Source: Octopus bimaculoides (Eukaryota). Taken from it: a DNA stretch of 64,000 bases. Shown piece after piece: positions 37,401-49,002 of this stretch. The DNA lies in contig NC_068984.1 of NCBI RefSeq assembly GCF_001194135.2, positions 98,309,695 through 98,373,694 on the forward strand, written 5' to 3'. A program made the translations under genes and the position numbers. Under the pieces are notes generated by a model, which was not told where the DNA came from, ran no database searches, and saw nothing but the letters and a program-made list of their open reading frames with translations. Numbering within the stretch: the first letter of the stretch is position 1; each line of letters begins with the position of its first letter.

Positions 37401-40400
37401 TTGATGTTTGAATAATTGTGATGCTTTAATTTAGGTACATGGTTTTAAAATCAAATACAGCAAAGAATAATATCCATAACTTACCTGAAGAATTTTCAGG
37501 TGAAACCAGAGCCACATCAAGGGCAAACCCAGTATTCAATGATATAGTTTGGATGTCATGAAATTCTGACCAGAAAGGGTAAAGAGAAAAACATAAATAT
37601 ACACATAAGGATATTTACTTATCTATCCATATACATATGTCTATCTCTCTATCTGTATGCATGCTTGCACACACACACACACACACACACAAAGGTAAGG
37701 GGTTATTACCACAGTAGTTAATAATGATCTTTTCCTACAGAGTGATGGGTAGGTTGTTAGTATTACAACTGTGATGCTACATGATAGCAAGATGTGAGCA
37801 ATGAGTGTAGAAGACATGTGAAGGCTACAAAGAAATGAAGTCAGCATGTTCCCATGGAAATATAATGTTAGTGAGCATGAATGTCAAAGTACAGATGAAC
37901 AGAGAGCAAGACTGGGTATAAGACGAATTAGGTATAGTGTGCAAGGGAGGAGGCTGTGCTGGTATGAACATGTAATGTGTACGGAAGAGGACTTCTACAT
38001 AAGGAAGTTAGTCAAACATGAGGAAGAAAGAGAACATGGAAGACTTGAAACAAGAAGTGAAAGATGATCTGATGATGTTGCATCAAACAGAAGAAATGAC
38101 AAAGGACTGTACTGATGTGTAATATGCAAAATTGCAGAAAATCTCTGCCCATGACAAGACATGCTCAGTTACAAAAATAGTGTTTAGAAATCATGACAAG
38201 CTTGCACCCTGCCAAACCTACTAAGCTGCCCCTTCACTTCCCTCATGTATACCTATGGATCACTTGTCCCCCCGCCCCCATCACTTCCATCTCTTCCTCA
38301 CTCATTGCCCACCATCTGTCAACTCAGCATCATCCACTTCATTTTACTCTGACCCCTTCACCATTCTCTCAGCCTGCATATATGAGTTCACATTGGATTG
38401 ACCTCATCTCCTTACCCAATACAATTTAGCTTCACCTTGTTGTACTACCAGTCAGCATTATCACTCACCTGGATCATATCTATTGCCAGCCAACATCTCT
38501 TGCTTTTATCTCATCATCCACTCTTACCTTTGATCACTTCTCTACTGACATTACCCCCAAATATCACTGCCTTTTCCCCCATTATATTCTCGTTCTTTCC
38601 ACATTTTCACCCATCTGCTCCATCTCAGGTCTTGTTCCCTTTCTCTCTTATACCCCACCCCGGCCACCTCTAAAGTCACCCGAGAAAATGTAAATGCACT
38701 AATGAATACTCTCTACACTCACACTCATACCTCTGCTTCTCAACCACCCATTTCTGCAGTCATTATTCTCCTATTCTGCTCCTCAGTTTACAGACTTTAT
38801 GTCACTGAATACTCTGGTGTTAGTGCCACAAGAAAATACACCCAGTACACTGTGTAAAGTGGTTGGTGATAGGAAGGGCATGCATCTAGAAAAACTAAGT
38901 GCAAATGAAATATACGAGTGACTTTTACTGAGTTGTAGTTCCTAACAAGAAACAGCTCAGACCATGATGACTCATCCAACCCATGACAGGATGAAAAACA
39001 TGTGAACTGATGATGATGAGACAAGTACTTGTGAAACACTCAGCCACTTACATGCTAACTGAAAGAGTAGGTAATTCAGTTAATCAAACAAGTGAATACT
39101 CATCATCAAAACCGATAGTGAGCCATTTACTGTTTACCTGAGAATTTCAAGCAGACACCTACCCAGTATCTTTCTCATGCATCTTAATGGAGCTATGTTA
39201 CAATCCCTTCTTGCTAAGGTAAAAAGAAAATTATCTCCTTGGCTTTTCTCTTTATTTCCATGAATTGTTGATACAACAGGAAATCAGTTTCTAGATTTCA
39301 TAGTCAACTATAAACTTTACTAAATTAAATATGTATCCATAAATACATGCTACAGAAATACAGTGACAAACTCAAAATACAAACTTAAGGTATTTGTATG
39401 CTTAATTGTAAGAAGGAAAGTATACAATTATTGGGAAATATATTAGGAAAATAGGCAACATGATAAAGTAAGAAAGACTGATTAAAACATGTCCAGAAAA
39501 GGAAAACATCTGAAGAAATGGGAGACAGGTATAAATAACACACTATACCAAATAAAAATGAATACAAAAGAACAAGCTGGAAAGAGAATGAAAGGAGGTG
39601 ATAGAGGACAATATGGTCCCTGTATATAATCTGACGGAACTGAAAGGATGTTAGATATAAGGCTGAGGTTTATTTTATTCACAAATAATTGGTCACAACA
39701 GTGTGAATCAATCTGAGTAACTTGGTTAAAACTAAACGTAGGACCATGTTACAGTTTATTGCATTTGATAAGAATAAAAGTGAAAATAAGACTTCAACTT
39801 AGTATATACAACATTGAAATTTGCATCAGTTTCACAGTGTTGCCACTGCTTGCAGTAATGACCGATTTCACATATCATACTACCTACTTACAGATAAAAG
39901 GGACTTGGCCATGGAGATTCAATGATGCTAGTGACTCAATATGAAACTGGTCTCCTTCAGGTAAAATATTAATATTCTAAGAACATCTGTGGCTCACCTA
40001 AACAATCAGAATGATGCAAAAGATATAGAGACAGGTGCTTACCTTCAGAATTAAACCGGTGCCAAACTTTAACTGTAGAATCTACAGATGAGGTTACAAT
40101 GAGGTTATGGCTTGAAGGAGATTCAGTTACTTCAGATTTTGGTTCAAAATCCAAATCTTCAATTTCTATATTGTCCAAAGTTGTAATAGCACCATCATGC
40201 CCAGCCAGAATTTGGGAACACTGGAACTGAAATGTAAGTATGTTGAATGTTAAATATTTAATGTGGTTAAGGATAAATGAGAGTGCATAGCTGAAGCAAG
40301 CAGATATTATATTTTTAGAATTAAAAACTGTTGTTGATGTATAACGTTAAGTTGGCTCCAAATAAGCAGGCCAATGATTAAAAGTATTTGAATCATGAAC

Positions 40401-43400
40401 AATCTGTCACTTGTTTCCAAAATACTAAGCCTATACTATATTATTCACTGTCTTTTCAGGACAATAGGGTTTGTTTGGGGAATTTGGATGCTATATCTAG
40501 CAGGTCAAATAACCACATAAAAGCTCCATTTGCTGAGAGAGAAAAAATGAGGGTAGATAAAAGAAAACTTTGTGGTAAGATAGCTAGATGAAACATTAAG
40601 TAAGTATGGGCAAGTAGTAGGGTGAGAATGGAGCAAGACATAGGATGGAGATTAATTCAGACTTTTGAAATCTATGGTGGGGCATCTGGTGCAGTCCAAG
40701 GAGACTAACAAAGGTCATTTTTTTAAAGAAAGGCCAATGTCTTAGCCCAGGACAGATTAACTAATTTTATTTTAGAATACTTTAGTGAGATGACATCTTA
40801 TGTTAGGAATGATGCCAGAGGGAAGGAGGAAGACCACCAAAAGTCTAACAGATCACCTCCAATTTTGAATTGTCTTTAGGCACAGATCAATGTGTCTTTC
40901 CTTTTTTTAAGACAGCACATGATTTGAGGGAGATTTGACAGCTATTTCAGACAGGTTAAGCAACCATGTTGAAATATTCTCATTGGTTCAAAATTCACAT
41001 GAAGTAAGTAAAGGAGAAAGGTTGGCTGGATCCATGTAACACAAAGAGCTGCTGTGATTATATGGGGACATTTGAAAGGAAATTATAAAGAATAGGAAAG
41101 AACATGGAACACCTCCTCACTACACGACAACAGAACCTCTGCATAGTTGCTGGACTTACCACAAATAATAGCCAACTCTCCTTCAAACTACATTATACTG
41201 CTGTAAATAACTGAAAGAAACGTTATATAACGTATTTCAACCTCAGACTGTTGAGATTATAAAAAGGAAGTGAACCCATCTATTTGTACACAGGACCCTA
41301 ATGTCAATAAACAAATAACTGATACCATTAAGTCCACAGCCTTATTTCAGTAAGTCAGTGAGAGAAGAAAGAGCAGTCTCCACAATCTTTTTAAGCCAGA
41401 GTTCGTAGCTCAGGGCACTTATGTCCAACCTGAACATCTGAAGGAAAAGTCATGAACAGAGAAAGAACTAAAGGGTCTGGCTTGAATACTTGAAACAGAT
41501 TGGATTTCATTATAGGTACCCAACGATCAGATGATGTTATACTAAAGACCAGGTGTTGGTGTTGAATCAGGTCCAGAAGGTGGTGTTAAACCTACCATCG
41601 AAGGACCATTTAGCATGTTAGGCCTATCATCAAATGAGTAATGGGCATCAGAGATAAAAAGATGAAAGACTGAGATGAGCAGCAATGTGCAATACAACAG
41701 ATGTCTTGAATACATAGAAATGGGAGTGATGAATGATGAAAAAATTGACAACAACAATGCTGTCATCATCATGATTTAGTAACAACAAAAAATTTTTAAA
41801 TAAATATTAATAAAAATAAATTCAAAAAAATATAGAAAATTTAAACCTGCACAAAAGACAGAATTATATAAATTTTCATTCAGAGTGAAAATGAAAGCAG
41901 ATGATAAAAAGGTAATATATATGTAAATATATTTTCATTAATATTTATAAGAATTGACAGAGAAAAAATTCTATAGCAAGAGAGAAACCGGAACAATAAA
42001 ATTCTAATCTCGGTCTGTCTGTAAAGTTTTATTTCATTTATATTAAAATATGACAGACAGCCTATTGACTAAAATATAAATGCAGCAGAGGCGAAATTAT
42101 CCATGGAAATGGTCTAAGGGAGATAACTCGTATAGCTTATCTTGAGTCAAACACCTGAGAATGCCACAACACATGCAATATTATTACGATAAACAGAGGA
42201 TGAGATTTACGGCAGCAAAATTCACAACGATTGAAGTAGGTATTGCAGCTGGGTGCACGATATCAGTTATCTTATTTGTGCTAGTCATGGAGATGTTACT
42301 AAGATCAACAAACTGTGAGAAAGTAGAGAAGCAGCAGATGGAACGTTAGAGCGGTTGGACGAACCAATAGGATGGGCGAGAATGAAATTCAAAGCCCAAA
42401 ATGGCTTTCGTGAAAGGAGTCCAAAAAGAAGTGAAATTCAGGATCGGAGGTGAAGATATACCAACAGTGAAAGAAAACCAGTAAAGAGTCTCAGCAGATG
42501 GTACAGAGATTTACTAAATGATAAGAAGAAGCAGAGCAAAGAAACACACGATTTAGTGGAACAGGTGTAGGCATGGCTGTGTAGTAAGAAGCCTGCTTCC
42601 GAAACACATGATTCTGCATTCATTCCCACTATGTGGCATCTTAGGCAAGTGTCTTCTACTATAGCCTTGGGCCAACCAAGGCTTGTGAGTAGATCTGGTA
42701 GATAGAAACTGAAAAGAGGCCTGTTGTATATAGATATATGTGTGTGTGTGTGTGTTTGTGTGTCTGTATATGTTTGTGTCCCTGTGTTTCTCCCATTGTT
42801 TGACAACCAATGTTGGTGTGTTTATGTCTCTGTAACTTAGAGGTTTGGCAAAAGAGACCAATAGAATAAGTACTAGGCTTACAAAGAATAAGTCCTGAGG
42901 TTGGTTTGTTTGACTAAAGGTGGTGCTCCAGCATGATCGCAGTCACATGACTGAAACAAGTAAAGGAATAAAAGACACTTTAAACCTTTATTGCAACACA
43001 CAGCTCATTCTGAAGTTAGCCACATACCACCTTGAGAAACGTTGCAGTATAGTTACCACAAGCAGTATATTTACCACAAATAATATATAGTAATTACATG
43101 ATGTATAACCATCACATGATGTATCATCATCATCATCATCATCGTTTAACGTCCGCTTTCCATGCTAGCATGGGTTGGACGATTTGACTGAGGACTGGTG
43201 AAACCGGATGGCAACACCAGGCTCCAGTCTGATTTGGCAGAGTTTCTACAGCTGGATGCCCTTCCTAACGCCAACCACTCAGAGAGTGTAGTGGGTGCTT
43301 TTACGTGTCACCCGCACGAAAACGGCCACGCTCGAAATGGTGTCTTTTATGTGCCACCCGCACAAGCCAGTCCAGGGGCACTGGCAACGATCTCGCTCGA

Positions 43401-46400
43401 AAATCCTACAGGAGCCAGTCAGGCGGTACTGGCAACGGCCACGCTCAAAATGGTGCATCTCATGTGCCACCCGCACAAGAACCAGTCCAGGGGCACTGGC
43501 AACGATCTTACTTGGCTTGCCGGGTCTTCTCACGCACAGCCCATTTCCAAAGGTCTCGGTCCGTAGTCATCGCCTCGGTGAGGCCCAATGTACGAAGGTC
43601 TTGCCTCACCACCTCAGCCCAGAACAGTCACCACATATAGTACTGTTGCTACCTTTTCGACTAGCCCCTGTACATATCTACTTCATGTATTATATACATC
43701 ACATGTGTATGTAATACACATACTTGGAGTATAGGCACTGCACAAAATATGGTCACAAGTAGTATCACATAAGGTATAGCAATAACATCCAATATGACAC
43801 AGAATGTCATATAGTACAAGTACACTTATATATGGACTTGTATAATTACCAAATGTCATGATGAGGTCACAGTTTCTTGTTCATTTACTTTCATGTTATA
43901 CTATTAGTGAAGGGTCAGGGAATTAACAAAGAACTAAGGGATTTGAGGAGGGGTTTTGCAATTAAGAGAGTGATTTAGAGTTTATGGAAAAGATTTTTTG
44001 AGAAATGCAAAGAAAGAAACAAATGAAACAAAGTTACCTGACTGCCTACTTGAGTCCACAGAATTGCTGTCTTGTCAACAGAGCCAGAAATGATTTCCCA
44101 TTCTGCAGCTGATGATAGATGGAACAAATTTAACAATTAATATAATCACACATCATCACCGTCATAGTTTAGCATCTATTTTCTGTTTGCATGATACCAG
44201 ACAGAATTTATTGAGTCAGCTTTTCTACAGCAAAATGCCATTCCAGAAGTGAAACCTAACCTGTTTCCAAGCAAGGAAATATTTCCCCATGACCATGTTT
44301 TCCATGGAAGATTGAAAGTTAACAACATTGCATGGGGGTAATACTCATTTACAACCATCATGCGATATCAAGACAAAGGCACACACACACACACAATAGG
44401 CTTCTTTCAGTTTCCGTCTACCAAATCCACCCACAAGGCTTTGGTTGGCCCAAAGCTATAGTAGAAGACACTTGCCTAAGATTCCATACAGTGAGACTGA
44501 ACCTGGACCCATGTGGTTTGGAAGCAAGCTTCTTACCATAGAGCCACAGCTTAGATTACTAAAATTAGTCATAAAGATGAAGATATGTGGGATATCGTGA
44601 CGAGTATCACTGCAATCTGAAGATATGAAAATCTGTTGGAGCATAACTGTTTCAAACTGTACCTTGTTTTCCATGGTAGGCAATCTTCCTCCTTATTGAT
44701 TATGAGCTGGTATAATGTTGGACAGCCACCTAATAGTATTTGAGACCAATAACCTTAAATTGCATCTTCAAGTGAAAATGTCCCATTATAATAAATTTCT
44801 AACTTAAATAGGATTTTTGTTGTCAACAAAGTTGGCTTCATTTTTTTTTGTAGTCCAGAGTTGAAGATAATTAATGATATGGTTGACTTCTGTTGTGCCA
44901 TTGAGCCAAGTATGTGAAACCAGAGGGTATGAATGTAATTGTACTTATAGCATATATACATTTCATGGTGATGGTCTTTAGCTGCCATTTTGAAACAACC
45001 AAGGGCTACTGGAAGAAATGCATTTTGTACAATTTACATTTTCTCATATGTTGTATTTAATGCTTGAAGGTTCTACAATAGGTCTACATAATTAAGATTT
45101 AGCCAATCACTGGTTTTGGTGATTGATCTAATTGTGAATGTGGGCTTCATGTATTGTCAGCCAATGATTAAAGAATACTGTTTCTTTGTTGAACCTGAAC
45201 TGTCATTTTTCAAACATGTCATGAGAAAGAAAACATTGTATAAAATGTGACAATTAGTGTCTTGGATTGTTATTCCAGAGATAGCATGTGGCCTGAAACT
45301 TGGACCCAGAAATGATGTGTAGAAATGGACAGTTTGAGGAGTAACCAAAATCACAGTGAATTGGCTGCTAACAGTTACAATCTTCTGTCTGCAAAATAGC
45401 CAGTCAGATTGGGCTAGTATGTTCAGTTTATAGATAACTAAGACTGGGCTAGGTTTGAATCAGAAGTCATAAAATTAATTGTATAGCTCATTACTTTCAG
45501 CTGCTCATTATCAAGACTTCGTACTTTAGAGACATAAACATTAAGAACAAAGCAGACACATACATCTCCTGAGTCTTAGAATATTGCTCTTGAAATTTGG
45601 CCTTTGTTTACATTTCAAATACAGAACTGGCCATCTTCCCTTTTAAAGAATGCTTTAGTGGAGATCATCCAATGAAATACAGGGTAGGGCATAAAGATCG
45701 TCCACATCATAAATGAATATAAAAAGAGAACACAACCATCCAGGAAAAAAATTATTATGTTTCTGAAAAGTACATAAAAAACTGTTTACTTCACTGGGTT
45801 TTAAAAACTAAATTAGGCAAATGGCAGCCATTGTTGGCAATACATTGATGCAGCCATTCTTGGAAGTTCTCAATGTCATCTTAGGTAGTATTGCATTGAT
45901 TTCCTTTCTTTCAAATCCTCAAGAGTTTGAGGATGATGTCAGAAAACTTTTTCCTTTAGGTATCCCCAAAGGAAAAACTCACAAGGGTTTAAATCTGGTG
46001 ACCTTGCCAGCCACCCCACATCTCCCCTCAAAGAAATCAGATGTCTAGGAAACATTTCTCTGAACACTCCAAGCAAACATTATGTTGTGTGAGCCATAGC
46101 TCCAGCCTGCTGAAACCATAGACAGTCGATATCCAACCCATCAAGTTTAGGGCATAAAAAATTCTCCAACATTTCAATGTACCAGCCAAAAGTAACCGTT
46201 ACTGTTTCATCACCTTCTTCAAAAAAGTATGGTCTGATGATTCCAAAATTAGCAACTGCACACCAAACAGCTACATGAGGCGAATGACGCAGTCTTCTGT
46301 GGAGTTCATGAGGATTATGTTCAGCCCAGTTGTGAAAATTCTGCTTGTTTATGTTTCCATTGATATGGAAGTGAGCCTCATCGATACTCAGAAGAACAGC

Positions 46401-48292
46401 TGCAGTGGGAACTTGTGCAAGAATATCCGCACATAGGGCTTTACAATTGTTATGATCTGTCTCAATTAATTCTTGAACTAGCATCATTTTGTAAGGATCC
46501 AGTTTCAAATCAGCATGCAGAATCTTCCTCAAACTTCGGCTAGATATTGCTATGCTATGCTTACAAGCAGAACACTTTGGTGACTGCTGAATAGATGCTG
46601 TCACTGATGTCATATTTTCTGGAGTTCTAATGGTCCCAGGTTTGCCAGGAGATTTTCTTTCCAATGTGGATCCAGTTGCATAAAGGTTAGAAATCCAAAG
46701 CAAAATCATTTTCCGGTCTGGTACAGATGCATTTTGACAGTGCAAAGTGTCTATGGAATACTTGCTGCATTGCTATTACAGAGTGGTTGTTTTCATAATA
46801 CACTTGAACAACAAAGCCACGATGTTTACCAATCCAAACTATCATGGGTTCTAAAAAAGAAAAAACTTTTTTGAGCAATTAATGATGAATACAAAAATGG
46901 TAGATCTTAACCTTCCAAATGAAACCTGTCCCACCTCTCTACTTCAACTTAAGGTCCACACGGTGCCTCCTCCAAATGTGGGAGATCTTTATGTCCCACC
47001 CTGTACAATGGTCAACTAGGTTTTCAGTAACTGTCCTGTGCACAGTATTTTTCTTCTACTCAAATGCAATTGCAAAAGTTGTTGAGAATTGCATGACTGC
47101 TGAAGTTGTAGAATGAAGAGGCCTGAATCTAAGCTGGTGATCTTGAATGCCTAGATAGACACTAATTGTAGATAGAAGAAACTTTTCAAAAATTTTGATA
47201 AACCAGGCCTCAGATGAGGGATGATAGTTAAAATTTTCCATAAAAATAAATAAGCTAAAAACTTGAAACTAGAGGACCAGAGGGTTCGATTATTTCATGA
47301 TACCAAACTTGCCAAGGATATAGCTAAGTTTGGTTTGTTCAATTTCTCAAAGACATACAAAGAGCCATCTTCAAAGAATGAAGCAAAAAGTAGTGACACA
47401 TAACTGACTCTCTTGAAGACATCTGATCAATGAAGAGGGACAAAATCTTACATTCTGCAAAATTGATCTACAAATCAAAGATTGGCAGATTCCACAGCCT
47501 TAGCTTTCCCACTAGAGTGGCCTTCCATTCATTTGTACTCGTAAAAATATGGTAAGATCATCACTAAGAGCTAGAATTAGTGAGAGATTCTGTGTACAAG
47601 GAATGGGCAACAATTTCTAGAACCAGTTTAATTGCAAGCACATAAAAACCAGGAGTAGGGTGCATTGATACTGAAAACATAATAAATCTTTTTTACAAAT
47701 TCATATGTAATATAAATAAATGTTAGGGTCTTAAGGCTGGAACTGTATTTTATATGGGTTTATAGAAACTGTTAGCAGGTAGTTTCACATTTAATTGTGG
47801 GTGAGGAATTCCCTATCGCTGCTCTGCTTGGTTGCTCAACCTACTGGAAACAGAAGCCAAATCTCCCTCAAACCACACCTACCATCATATAAAAGGATAC
47901 ATTGAACAATGTGATCCACAGTCTCTAATAGCTGAGAAAAAAGATGGGATGGTCATTGTTTGATTGCTTTTGACCATATTTCTGGTATGACCTGAGTTTG
48001 CTGACAAAGAGAATTCTGATGTTGGTAACTAATCATTCCAAGACAGTTGAACAAAACAATAACAAACCTTTTCTTGTTTTCATCCATCTTACACAATTTA
48101 CTCTATTTTTGTGAGACTTCAGTGTGGACAAAATAGAGCCAGCATCCTTTATTTGAGATTGAGATACCTGAAAATACAGCAGAAATATATATATATGTGA
48201 ATGTGTGTAAACGCACCCATGTGGTGTTATATAAAAACATCCAGCTGTAGAAACCATGCTAACATAGACAGATGTTAAACGATGATGATGAT

Positions 48293-48349
<57 letters not shown>

Positions 48350-48935
48350 TCTGGTGATTCACCAGAAGTGATAAATTACAGGACTCAATATAAATGTAGA
48401 ATATTCTTTAATCCATTATATATTGTAATGTAAAAAACAAACAGTAAAAAAAATATAACACAGAAAGAACAAAGTATGATAAATCTGGCATTAATTTGAT
48501 GCTTGAAGTGAGTACTGAATGTCTTGATGTTTCAGACATTAGTCTTTCAGAAAGAAAAGTTGAAGGAGCAACGGTGTGTGTGTGTGAAAGAGAGAGAGGG
48601 AAAAAGAAAGTAAAGGAAAAAATTAATTGGAGGGAGGTAACAAGATAAAAACTGTTCTGTGAGGGAGGAGTCAAAACGGGAGGGGGATGAGTGTGGAGGT
48701 GCATATGTCAGTGTGTGTACATGCTTGGTAGTGAGCATGGGGAGATTGGTGTTGATGTGTGTATTTAATGGGTGTAAGCATAAGCATAGACAGGGGAATT
48801 TGCCAAGTGTTGGTTCATGGGGATGTGAGATTGAGGCTGGTGTGTGTGAAAACCCAATAAGATTCAAAAATTGATTAATGTAGTTTATCATTTTTAAGGA
48901 GATATTTATATATCTACTTCATAGGTTACACACAC

Positions 48936-49002
<67 letters not shown>

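Noticed and set aside
41542-41772. 76-aa ORF with hydrophobic N-terminus and Pro/Gly tail as a nested secreted peptide
   Set aside because: Starts in an (ATG)n microsatellite, hydrophobicity is explained by T-richness, and there is no other support.
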